DNA of 49,005 bases from Candidatus Sumerlaeia bacterium (GTDB lineage Bacteria > Sumerlaeota > Sumerlaeia > SLMS01 > JANRJK01), in assembly GCA_033764015.1 (NCBI GenBank), contig JANRJK010000026.1, forward strand, positions 1-49,005. The letters are read 5' to 3'. Positions 1 through 7,892 of the stretch are shown here, piece after piece. How positions within the stretch are numbered: position 1 is the first letter of the stretch; each line of letters starts with the position of its first letter. A program made the position numbers and the translations under genes. The notes under the pieces were generated by a model that was not told where the DNA came from, made no database searches, and saw only the letters and a program-made list of their open reading frames with translations.

Positions 1-242
1 CCGATCCCCCCCGCACGGCCGCGCGGAGGGAAACCAGCGGGGAGTTCTCCACAGATCGGCGCGGATGTTAAGTCCCCCCGCGCCCCCCTGTGATGGTGAC
101 GGGGGACATCCCCATCGAGAACCCCGGGGGAAACATACAAGGCGCGAAGAAGAGACAAAGAGGGTGTGTGCTCGATGCGGCGACTTCGCGCGGATCACAC
201 GGGGTCGCTTGATCTCCGTGGCATCATCGGGGAACGTCGAGC

Positions 243-283
243 TCCTGCGGCCGCCGCGCTCTGTTCGGGTGGCGGCCGCAGGA
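243..283. repeat. Inverted repeat / hairpin (13-bp perfect stem)
   Basis: TCCTGCGGCCGCC (243-255) pairs with GGCGGCCGCAGGA (271-283). It lies downstream of the minus-strand RM operon. There is no U-tract, so it is not a classic terminator. Confidence 0.6.
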
Positions 284-419
284 ATCGGCAACCTGCGCTA
301 GCGCTCTTCGACGGGGGAGATCGGTCCCGCGGTGACGGCTTGGACGAGGGTGGCTTGGAAGGCGCGCCCGGGGATGCCTTGCGGGTTGATGATGGTGGCG
401 CGGGCTTTCGCGTGGAGGC

Positions 420-1343
420 TCAGGCTTTAAGGTAGACTGTGAGGTGGTCCTTACCCACCACTGTGCGGATTTCGAGGCGGCCGTCGGGATGCTGGAGGTA
501 CTCGGCGAGCGAGGTGTCGGGGTGGTGGCTTGCGGCGTCGCGCGCTGCTTGGTCGAAGCGGTCGGCGACGAGCACGCCGTGGGTTGCGCGGGGGGCGAAC
601 TCCTGCTGGAGAGCTCGGTTGTTCATATAGCGGAGGAGCTGGGAGAACTCGACCTCGCCGCCGCTGTGGAGCTTGAGTTCGACGATCAGAACCGCGTCTG
701 CCTCCACCACGAGGACATCCGGTCGGGAGATGGGATCGAAGGAGTCGTTGGAGGGGAAGCTTCGCTGGCGCTGGATGTCGAAAGGCGGTTGCGGCGATCC
801 GGCGAGGCGCCGGTGCAGCTCAGACTCCAGGTCCTTCTCGTGCCGATAGTATTGATCCGACCCTGGCCGCGTGGGCTTGCGATCGACGACCGGTAGCCTC
901 CCCTCGCGGATGTCGTCGAGTGGGAGCACGCTCAGGACGGGCGCGAGGTCCTCGGGGCGAACGAGGATGTTCTTCCCTCCGTCGGTCTCCCACTGCCACA
1001 GGTAGCCGAGGCCGTTAACCTTGAAGTATTCCTTCAGGCGTTTGTTGAAGGTCACGCACCGAAGCGCGGGCGGGCGTGCTTCGCCGCCGATGACGAACAC
1101 CCAACTCGCGGGACGGTGGTCGAACGCGAAGGAGATGTGGTGGCTGTCGTCGCCGCCGGGATGCCCCTGCTGCCAGAGCGCAGTCAGACCGTGGGAGAGC
1201 GCGGACTCGACCACCCCGAGAACCTGAGGGGTGAGGCGCCAGCGGCGGGCGAGGTAGGTGCGGCCGTGCTGGGTGACCTGAACGCCTCCCGGGACCTCGC
1301 GGAGGGAGAGGTCGAACTCGGGTCGCTCGTAGGCGTTGTTCAT
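420..1343 (-). CDS. Protein with C-terminal PD-(D/E)xK nuclease domain (NucS/EndoMS-like, RecB-type QxxxY)
   Basis: EKDLE...RPDVLVVE...IVELK...SQLLRY motifs. ATG at 1343 overlaps the hsdMS stop (ATGA), so the start was moved from the ORF-track 1601. Confidence 0.65.
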   Translation of the reverse strand: MNNAYERPEFDLSLREVPGGVQVTQHGRTYLARRWRLTPQVLGVVESALSHGLTALWQQGHPGGDDSHHISFAFDHRPASWVFVIGGEARPPALRCVTFNKRLKEYFKVNGLGYLWQWETDGGKNILVRPEDLAPVLSVLPLDDIREGRLPVVDRKPTRPGSDQYYRHEKDLESELHRRLAGSPQPPFDIQRQRSFPSNDSFDPISRPDVLVVEADAVLIVELKLHSGGEVEFSQLLRYMNNRALQQEFAPRATHGVLVADRFDQAARDAASHHPDTSLAEYLQHPDGRLEIRTVVGKDHLTVYLKA

Positions 1344-3904
1344 GTCGATTCCCCCCAGACGCGGGCGAGGGTGGCTTGGATCTTCCTTTCCATGCGGGCG
1401 ATGAGGTCGCGGTTGGCGTTGACGAGGGCCTGCTCGGCTTCGATCTCGGCGACGATGGCGCGCTGGGTTGAGAGGGGCGGAATAGGGATGAGGTGTTCCT
1501 CCAAGACAGAACGCGGCACTCGTTGAAGCCCCCCTGTGCCTGTCATCTTCTCTGAAGCCGACGCTCGGAAGGATGTGTTCGCGACTGAAAAGTAGGCCCA
1601 TTCCGGCAATACTACTTCCGAACAGCGTATCACAAAGAACTCACTCGAACCAAACCCGATGCCGTTGCACAGGTTTCGTGCGATCCCTGCCTTTCCGTTC
1701 TCGAAGCACGGAGTTACCTTTGCGATTAGAACATCATTGTTGCGAAAATACGTGTAACTCGCACCGACCTCTGACAGTAATTTTGACTCCTGAGGCTCAA
1801 ACGTCATTGTGTGCTCGCCAAGTGTTGCCATCGGGACGAACGAGACAACGGTATCTCCGGACAATTCCGCCAACTCGCTCTTCTTCGGGTTGATCTCCGT
1901 CACCTCCCCCAACGCCACGATCGGCCATTTGGGATCGATGGGGATGTGGGGGCGGTAGTTGTCGAGGACGGCGCGGGCTCCGTCGATGACCTTCTGGTAG
2001 GCTTCGATCTCGGCGACGATTTCTTTCTGGACCGAGAGCGGGGGGAGGGGGATTTGGAACTGCGCGAGTGATGTTGCGTTGATCCCGGCTTGTCCGATCC
2101 ATCTGTTCGCGAGTTCGAGGAAAATGCCTTTAGTCCAAGCGTTGTGCAGAATTAGGGCCAGAAAGTTCGGGTTGCAGACGTCAGGCTTCACTCGGATGCG
2201 CGTCATGTGATTCGAGAAGCCACCGTGGATGTCATTCTCTATAAGACATGTCTTCCCGACGAGTTCTTTGCTATTGGTGTTATTGAAGAGCACGTCGCCC
2301 GACTTGAGTGCGTAGTCTTCCCTGCCTTCGTATTCAGAGGAGGTAATTTGTTTTAAGCCTTCCCAAGTGAACTGTCCCTTATCGGTGACGTTCATTGGGC
2401 GAATGTGGGGGACGCCTTTAGTGTCAACGCTCGACTGCCCGCATGCAAAGCCCGCCTTGATTTCTTGTGCAATCTCGCCGATAGCTATGAATGAAAAGGT
2501 CCTTAACGCGCTGCTGCCCTCCCGGTACCGCTCGCCGCTGAGGTTGTAATCGCCGTTTGCGGCGATCTTTTCCTTGGGGATGATGAGGGACGAAATGGAC
2601 GGGATGGACTCGATGGACGGGGTAGGCGGGGTGCCGGTGCGGAGGGTTTGGAGGTATTCGGCGAGGGCGGTCTGAATGGCGGGGAGATTGCTCCCCTCCA
2701 TGGGGCGGCGCTGGGCGCCTAGGCCGAAGCCGTCGTTCTCGACCTTGAAGAAGGCGATGGTGGGGGCTTTCTTGGCGAGGGCCTTGTCGAGAATGAGAAC
2801 GCTGGTCTTCACGCCGGAGTAGGGTTGGAACACGCCGGCTGGGAGGGAGATGACGGCGACGAGGTAGTCGTCGACGAGCATCTTGCGGAGTTGGGTGTAG
2901 GCGGTCTGGCTTTGGAAGATAATGCCTTCGGGGACGATGATGGCGGCGCGGCCGTTGGGGGTGAGGTGTTCGGCCATGTAGTCCACGAAGAGGACCTCGC
3001 TGCGCTTGCTTTGGACGCCAAAGCGGTTGTGGGGCTTGATGCCGCCTTTGGGGGACATGAAGGGCGGGTTGGCGAGGATGACGTCGGCGTATTCGTTCCA
3101 GCGGTCCTGGCTGGTGAGGGTGTCGTATTCGTAGATGTGGGGGTCGGTGAAGCCGTGGAGGTAGAGGTTGACGAGGGAGAGGCGGACCATGTCGGGGGAG
3201 ATGTCGTAGCCCTTGAAGTTCTGGGCGAGACGGCCGCGTTCGTCGGGGGTGAGGTTGTTTTGTGATGGACGGGATGGACTGGATGGACCGGATGGACTGG
3301 GGAGCGAGTTGGCGCGCAGGATGTGCTTGTAGGCGGAAATCAGAAACCCGGCGGTGCCGAAGGCGGGGTCGAGGACGGTTTCGTGTTTCTTGGGGTCGAT
3401 GACGGCGACGATGAAGTCGATGATGTGGCGGGGTGTGCGGAATTGTCCGGCGTCGCCTTGGGAGCCGAGGACGGAGAGAAGGTATTCAAAGGCGTCGCCG
3501 AGGCGTTCGGAGTGGTCGTATTGGAACTCGTCGATGATCTTCAGGAATCCCTTGAGGGTTTCGGGGTCTCGATAGGGGAGGTAGGCGTTCTTGAAGATGT
3601 CGCGGAAAAGGAGGGGGATGCCGGGGTTTTCCGGCATGCGGGCGATGGCTTCCGCATAGAGGGCGAGGGTTTCGTGGCCGCCGAGGCCGCTGCGCATGAG
3701 CTTGGCCCAGCCGTAGCGGGCGTAGTCGCCGGAGAAGAACTTGCGACGGCCGCCGAGTTCTTCTGCTTCGGCGTCCATGTCGTCCATGAACTTGTAGATC
3801 AGGGCGATGGTGATCTGCTCGACCTGGGATTTGGGGTCGGGGACTTTGCCGACGAGGATGTCGCGGGCTGTGTCGATGCGGCGTTTGGTTTCGGTGTCGA
3901 GCAT
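1340..3904 (-). CDS. Fused type I RM N6-adenine methyltransferase and specificity subunit (HsdM-HsdS)
   Basis: GQFRTPRHI, DPAFGTAGFL (motif I) and ANPPF (motif IV), followed by two TRDs that each end in IPxPPLSxQxxIVAEIEA. Confidence 0.92.
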   Translation of the reverse strand: MLDTETKRRIDTARDILVGKVPDPKSQVEQITIALIYKFMDDMDAEAEELGGRRKFFSGDYARYGWAKLMRSGLGGHETLALYAEAIARMPENPGIPLLFRDIFKNAYLPYRDPETLKGFLKIIDEFQYDHSERLGDAFEYLLSVLGSQGDAGQFRTPRHIIDFIVAVIDPKKHETVLDPAFGTAGFLISAYKHILRANSLPSPSGPSSPSRPSQNNLTPDERGRLAQNFKGYDISPDMVRLSLVNLYLHGFTDPHIYEYDTLTSQDRWNEYADVILANPPFMSPKGGIKPHNRFGVQSKRSEVLFVDYMAEHLTPNGRAAIIVPEGIIFQSQTAYTQLRKMLVDDYLVAVISLPAGVFQPYSGVKTSVLILDKALAKKAPTIAFFKVENDGFGLGAQRRPMEGSNLPAIQTALAEYLQTLRTGTPPTPSIESIPSISSLIIPKEKIAANGDYNLSGERYREGSSALRTFSFIAIGEIAQEIKAGFACGQSSVDTKGVPHIRPMNVTDKGQFTWEGLKQITSSEYEGREDYALKSGDVLFNNTNSKELVGKTCLIENDIHGGFSNHMTRIRVKPDVCNPNFLALILHNAWTKGIFLELANRWIGQAGINATSLAQFQIPLPPLSVQKEIVAEIEAYQKVIDGARAVLDNYRPHIPIDPKWPIVALGEVTEINPKKSELAELSGDTVVSFVPMATLGEHTMTFEPQESKLLSEVGASYTYFRNNDVLIAKVTPCFENGKAGIARNLCNGIGFGSSEFFVIRCSEVVLPEWAYFSVANTSFRASASEKMTGTGGLQRVPRSVLEEHLIPIPPLSTQRAIVAEIEAEQALVNANRDLIARMERKIQATLARVWGEST
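2586..2621 (+). repeat. 9-bp tandem array (ATGGACNNN) x3 plus one degenerate unit, in-frame inside hsdMS
   Basis: AGGGACGAA ATGGACGGG ATGGACTCG ATGGACGGG; encodes PSIESIPSISS on the minus strand. Confidence 0.9.
3265..3300 (+). repeat. 9-bp tandem array (ATGGACNNN) x4, in-frame inside hsdMS
   Basis: ATGGACGGG ATGGACTGG ATGGACCGG ATGGACTGG; encodes PSPSGPSSPSRPS. Confidence 0.92.
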
Positions 3905-3928
3905 GGGGGGTGGGGCCTTGGTGACGGG

Positions 3929-3964
3929 ATGGACATTATGGACGGGATGGACCAGATGGACGGG
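3929..3964 (+). repeat. 9-bp tandem array (ATGGACNNN) x4, intergenic
   Basis: ATGGACATT ATGGACGGG ATGGACCAG ATGGACGGG between the four-helix-bundle stop and the hsdMS start. Confidence 0.92.
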
Positions 3965-3973
3965 GTGTTTGAG

Positions 3974-4576
3974 CTAATCTCTTGGAGGCTTTTTGCGGTA
4001 TTCGGTGCGTTTTCGGTATAGGCGTTCGGTGAAGCCGCCGTGTTCTTCAAAGTCTTTGGACAAGCGCTGGATTTGGCGATCGAGCATTGCGCAGGCAACG
4101 CCGATGAGCACATGGGCGGCGTTGGCGGCGGCTTCCTCGTAGGAACAGCGTCCCTCAAGTCCATCGCGTCCATCCTGTCCATCAGCGGTTTGCTTCACCC
4201 AAAGCGCCACAGCAGCGGCTGTGGAGCAGCGGCGGGCCACCAGCGCGGCGCGGCGAGGGTCATCGGAAGCCCAGAGAGGAAGCGCCCGCTGCCGGAGGAA
4301 ATCCTCGTAGTCGAGTTTGAGTTCCTCAAGGCTAGCGCGGGCCACGTTGGTCAGCTTGAGTTCCATCTTCCTGGAGGTGCCGGAGGCCTGGCTGCCTTCG
4401 GCGATGTTCTGCACGCCCGAACGGGCGGCCTGCACCATCTGGTCGTGGGTGCGACTGCGGGGATCGATCCATCGGTCGCAGAATCGGACCGTGACGTCGT
4501 AGGCCAGTTGCGCGACCTGGAAGCTCCGCAGGCGGCGATACCCACCATGCTTCGGGATCAGAGCGTCGTCTGTCAT
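3974..4576 (-). CDS. Four-helix-bundle protein (Avd/23S-IVP-like) with four-helix-bundle suffix domain
   Basis: HGGYRRLRSFQ...RTHDQMVQAARSGVQNIAEGS...LTNVARASLEELKLDYEDFL; C-terminal LDRQIQRLSKDFEEHGGFTERLY suffix. ATGA overlap with the hsdR stop. Confidence 0.88.
   Translation of the reverse strand: MTDDALIPKHGGYRRLRSFQVAQLAYDVTVRFCDRWIDPRSRTHDQMVQAARSGVQNIAEGSQASGTSRKMELKLTNVARASLEELKLDYEDFLRQRALPLWASDDPRRAALVARRCSTAAAVALWVKQTADGQDGRDGLEGRCSYEEAAANAAHVLIGVACAMLDRQIQRLSKDFEEHGGFTERLYRKRTEYRKKPPRD
4148..4183 (-). repeat. 9-bp tandem array (GATGGACNN) x3 plus one degenerate unit, inverted relative to the other three arrays
   Basis: Minus strand reads GATGGACAG GATGGACGC GATGGACTT GAGGGACGC; encodes DGQDGRDGLEGR in the four-helix protein. 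Confidence 0.88.
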
Positions 4577-7122
4577 GGAGCAAACTGGTTGAGGGACACG
4601 TAGTCCTTCACGTACTCGGGAACGATGGTGCGGAAGGCCTGGGGCACAGCTTTGAGATCGCGGGTGGAGAAGACGGGGTTTGTGGCAAGTTCCGTGTAGG
4701 CGCGGGTGTCGATGATGTCGCGCACGCGGCCGTTGGTGATGTAGGCTTTGAAGAAGTGCTTGATGGCGACGGTGGTTTCGGGGGGCTCGGGGGTGTGGTC
4801 GGTGATGAACTTGGAGAATTCTTCCTCCAGCAGTTCGTCCTTGGATTTGAAGCCGGGGATGAGGCCGAAGACCTTTTCGAGAATCTCGCGGAGAGTGAGG
4901 CGGCGGTCAACGGCGGCGGCCTTGCGGAGTTTGTCGAGCGAGTAGTAATCCTCGGGTTTGTCGAACAGCTCGCGGTTGACGTAGTCAATCACGCGGTCCC
5001 ACTGGCCGTTGCGGACGGCATCGGCAACGAAGTCGTCGTTCTTGACGGTGTCTTCGAACCGGGCGAAGAACATGCGGTCGATCTTCATGCCCTCGGCGCC
5101 GATGGCTTCCTCCTGAATCGAGAGAATGAGATCCTCGCCAAAGTGCTCGTAGGTGGCCGGTTCGGTGGTGTCGCCGTCGTCGGTATCGCCCCCGTTGCCG
5201 GGCTTGCGGGGAGACGTCGGGCGAGGAAGCTTGATAACTTCGTCGTAGTCGAATTCTTCCTCGAAGAATTCGCAGTTGGCGAAGAAGTCGAAGAGCTTGT
5301 AGGACGCCTTGCGCGGGTCTGTGACGGCGGCGGCGCGTTCGGGGTCGTGAAGCTGATCGAGGAAGTTGTGGCGGCGTGTGCCACGGCCCTTGATCTGAAT
5401 GAAGTCAGTTGGGGAAAAGACGGGGCGGAAGAGGCCAAGGTTGAGGATATCGGGGCAGTCGTAGCCGGTCGTCATCATGCCGACGGTAACGCAGATGCGG
5501 GCCTTGCTGGTGCGGTAGGTCGGCAGGAAGTTGCCAGAGCCGAGCAGGTTGTTGTTGGTGAAGTTGATGGTGAATTGCTGGGCGTCGGGGATGGAGGACG
5601 TGACCTGAACGGCGAAGTCGGACTGGTACTTGCCGGGGAACATGCGGTCGGCCATCTGGTTCAGGATCTGGACCAGTTTGGAGGCGTGGTGCTGGCTGAC
5701 GCCGAAGATGATGCCCTTGCCGATTTCGCCGCTGACGGGGTCGCGCAGGGCGTTTTCGAGGAAGACCTTGCAGAAGAGTTGGTTGGTGGCGTCGGAGAAG
5801 AACTGCTTCTCAAACTGACGCTGCCGGAAGGCGGTTTCCTGATCCTCGCCGGTGTCGTCGGTGAAGCTGACCACGAAACCCTCCTCGGACAGCAGGGCGG
5901 TCGTCACTTCGCTGCGGGCGTCGACGACGGTGGGGTTGATGAGGAAGCCCTCCTTGACGCCGTCGAGCAACGAGTAGCGAAAGGTGGGCTGGCTGATTTC
6001 GCAGCCAAAGGTGCGGTAGGTGTCGAGCAGGAGACGGCGCTCGGCCTCGCGAGGGTCGCGAGTGGTGGGGTTCTCGCGGTCGAAGCGCTTGAGGTAGTCG
6101 CGGGGCGTGGCGGTCAGGCCAAGCTTGTAGCCAACGAAGAAATCGAACACGGCGCGGGCGTTGCCGCCGATGGAGCGGTGGGCTTCGTCGGAGATGACGA
6201 GGTCGAAGTCGGTGGGCGAGAAGAGGCGCTGGTACTTGTTGTTGAATAGGAGGGACTGGACGGTGGTCACTACGATCTCCGCTCGGCGCCAGTCGTCGCG
6301 GTTCTCCTTGTAGACAACGGTCTTGTAATCGGCGGACAGGTAGTCGGTGAATGCCTTTTTCGCCTGATCCTCAAGCTCGAGGCGGTCAACGAGAAACAGG
6401 ACGCGGCGGGCGTTGCCGGTGCGGAGAAAGAGCTTGATCACGGCGGCGGCTGTGAGGGTCTTGCCGGTGCCGGTGGCCATTTCGAAGAGGAAGCGGTCGC
6501 GTCCTTCGCCTACGGCCTTCTGGATGGCCTGAACGGCTTGGACCTGATAGCGGCGGAGGAAGCGGAGCTTGTTCTTTTCGACGTACTCGGTTCGCTCCGC
6601 GGGATTCTTCCAACCAGCCTCATTGGCGTATTGCGGGCGTTGGGTGAGGACCACATAGTCCTCGTTGACGTTTTCCTCGACCAAGCGGGCAGGGTTGGGC
6701 GTTGTGCGCTGGAAGTAGCCGACGGACTCGGGCGTTGGAAATGCCGTGATGATGTGGGGGTTACCGCGGTCGAGGTCCCAGAAGTAGTGGAGGTTGCCGT
6801 TGGAGAGGATGATGAACCGGCAGTTCAGACTGCGGGCATAGCGGCGCGCTTGCTCCTTCCCGTCGAGGGGGTTCTTGCTTTCGGCCTTTGCCTCAAGCAC
6901 GATCAGAGGGAAGCCCTTTGCATCGAGAAGCAGGAAGTCGACGAATCCCTTTGATGCCCGCTGGAAGTTATCCCCAAGAGCTTCGAAGTCGGAGGCTTGG
7001 GGAGTGACGCTAAGCTCAAGCCGGATGTTTGCCGGGCCACGCGGATCCGCGAAGAAGCGCCAGCCGGAGGCTTCCAGCATCTTGTTGATTTTGATTCTGG
7101 CGGCGGCTTCCTTCTCGGGCAT
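4573..7122 (-). CDS. hsdR: Type I restriction enzyme R subunit (HsdR_N nuclease plus SF2 DEAH translocase)
   Basis: VDFLL...LEAK...QARRYA nuclease motif; MATGTGKT Walker A; ISDEAHRS; GLTATP; MMTTGYD; QIKGRGTR. Start set at MPEKEAAAR (7122). Confidence 0.92.
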   Translation of the reverse strand: MPEKEAAARIKINKMLEASGWRFFADPRGPANIRLELSVTPQASDFEALGDNFQRASKGFVDFLLLDAKGFPLIVLEAKAESKNPLDGKEQARRYARSLNCRFIILSNGNLHYFWDLDRGNPHIITAFPTPESVGYFQRTTPNPARLVEENVNEDYVVLTQRPQYANEAGWKNPAERTEYVEKNKLRFLRRYQVQAVQAIQKAVGEGRDRFLFEMATGTGKTLTAAAVIKLFLRTGNARRVLFLVDRLELEDQAKKAFTDYLSADYKTVVYKENRDDWRRAEIVVTTVQSLLFNNKYQRLFSPTDFDLVISDEAHRSIGGNARAVFDFFVGYKLGLTATPRDYLKRFDRENPTTRDPREAERRLLLDTYRTFGCEISQPTFRYSLLDGVKEGFLINPTVVDARSEVTTALLSEEGFVVSFTDDTGEDQETAFRQRQFEKQFFSDATNQLFCKVFLENALRDPVSGEIGKGIIFGVSQHHASKLVQILNQMADRMFPGKYQSDFAVQVTSSIPDAQQFTINFTNNNLLGSGNFLPTYRTSKARICVTVGMMTTGYDCPDILNLGLFRPVFSPTDFIQIKGRGTRRHNFLDQLHDPERAAAVTDPRKASYKLFDFFANCEFFEEEFDYDEVIKLPRPTSPRKPGNGGDTDDGDTTEPATYEHFGEDLILSIQEEAIGAEGMKIDRMFFARFEDTVKNDDFVADAVRNGQWDRVIDYVNRELFDKPEDYYSLDKLRKAAAVDRRLTLREILEKVFGLIPGFKSKDELLEEEFSKFITDHTPEPPETTVAIKHFFKAYITNGRVRDIIDTRAYTELATNPVFSTRDLKAVPQAFRTIVPEYVKDYVSLNQFAP

Positions 7123-7273
7123 TCGTTGGGCTTCCGGGCACAGCATTGGGCGTGAGTCGTCGGGATGATGACAGGTCTGAAGCAGGGTGCCGGAATCGGG
7201 GGGTGTGCGCAAGCGTGACGGTGTGAAAAACTTCCCCCGCCTGAGTTGCCTCGGGCGGGGGTGGGGGGGCCGC

Positions 7274-7412
7274 GATGGGGCGCGCCATTGGCGCTGGGTC
7301 TCGGGGGCACGGCGTTGGCCCCGGGGCGGTGCCCCGGGCTGGGATGGGGGGCGCCGTTGGCGCCGCGGAGGTGGGAGTCGAAATGGCGGACGCGAAGGGG
7401 CGGACGCGAAGG
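7274..7412. repeat. Intergenic GC-rich palindromic/direct repeats and a 14-bp tandem duplication
   Basis: GATGGGGCGCGCCATTGGCGC (~7274) resembles GATGGGGGGCGCCGTTGGCGC (~7343); palindrome CCCGGGGC-GGT-GCCCCGGG lies between them; GGCGGACGCGAAGG x2 at 7385-7412. Confidence 0.55.
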
Positions 7413-7715
7413 GGGCACGGAGACGGATCGGGGCGGCGGGTGGGGTTTGCCCGAGTTTGGCGCTCATGCGGGGGCTTGCCGGGGCGGCCGGGGATGGACC
7501 GGGGAAGGGCCGGTTAGTGGCCGGTGGTCATCCGGTGAAGGTTCGGAGGCGATTCTGCGGGTGAGCATGTAGGTTCCGGGGCGGAAGCCCTGAAATCCGG
7601 GGAGTGCGCGGCGCTTGGCTGGCGTGTCGTGCGGGGCGCTTGTTGGGCGCGGGGCTGCGGATGGCTTGGACCTCCCTTGACCTCTGCGCGGCGGCGCTGG
7701 TGACGTGTGCGTGAC

Positions 7716-7838
7716 ATCCGATGGATGCCCGCTGGAGAGAGCGGACCGCCGCGCGCGGAGCCGCCGCCGAAGGGGAAAGCGCCCCTCAAACTCTCAGGCA
7801 CAGGTACGGCGGGCTGACGGGACTCTGGACGACAGAGC
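7716..7838 (+). promoter_or_regulatory. Glycine riboswitch (singlet aptamer plus downstream ghost-aptamer hairpin)
   Basis: CCCGC-TGGAGAGA...CGCCGAAGG...CTCTCAGG...GCGGG aptamer core, then a CTCTG-GACGA-CAGAG hairpin, directly upstream of gcvT. Confidence 0.9.
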
Positions 7839-7892
7839 GGGGGCATCGCGCCGTGGGCGCGTGCCGATTCCCGCTGTCCCCGAGGTCCCCCG

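Noticed and set aside
45..53. DnaA-box-like TTCTCCACA
   Set aside because: A single mismatched copy with no cluster or oriC context.
2586..4183. CRISPR array interpretation of the short repeats
   Set aside because: Units are 9 bp in tandem with no spacers, and there are no cas genes.
3974..4576. Diversity-generating retroelement suggested by the Avd-like gene
   Set aside because: No reverse transcriptase and no TR/VR pair with adenine-specific mismatches seen in the window.
7123..7467. Pro/Arg-rich N-terminal extensions in the ORF track (hsdR, ribD, btuF, pilin, permeases)
   Set aside because: Low-complexity read-through of non-coding or overlapping DNA. Downstream starts fit the family N-termini, RBS positions and stop-start overlaps.
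7716..7892. Tandem (two-aptamer) glycine riboswitch
   Set aside because: The second GGAGA...CCGAAG...CTCAGG core is absent; only a short hairpin follows.
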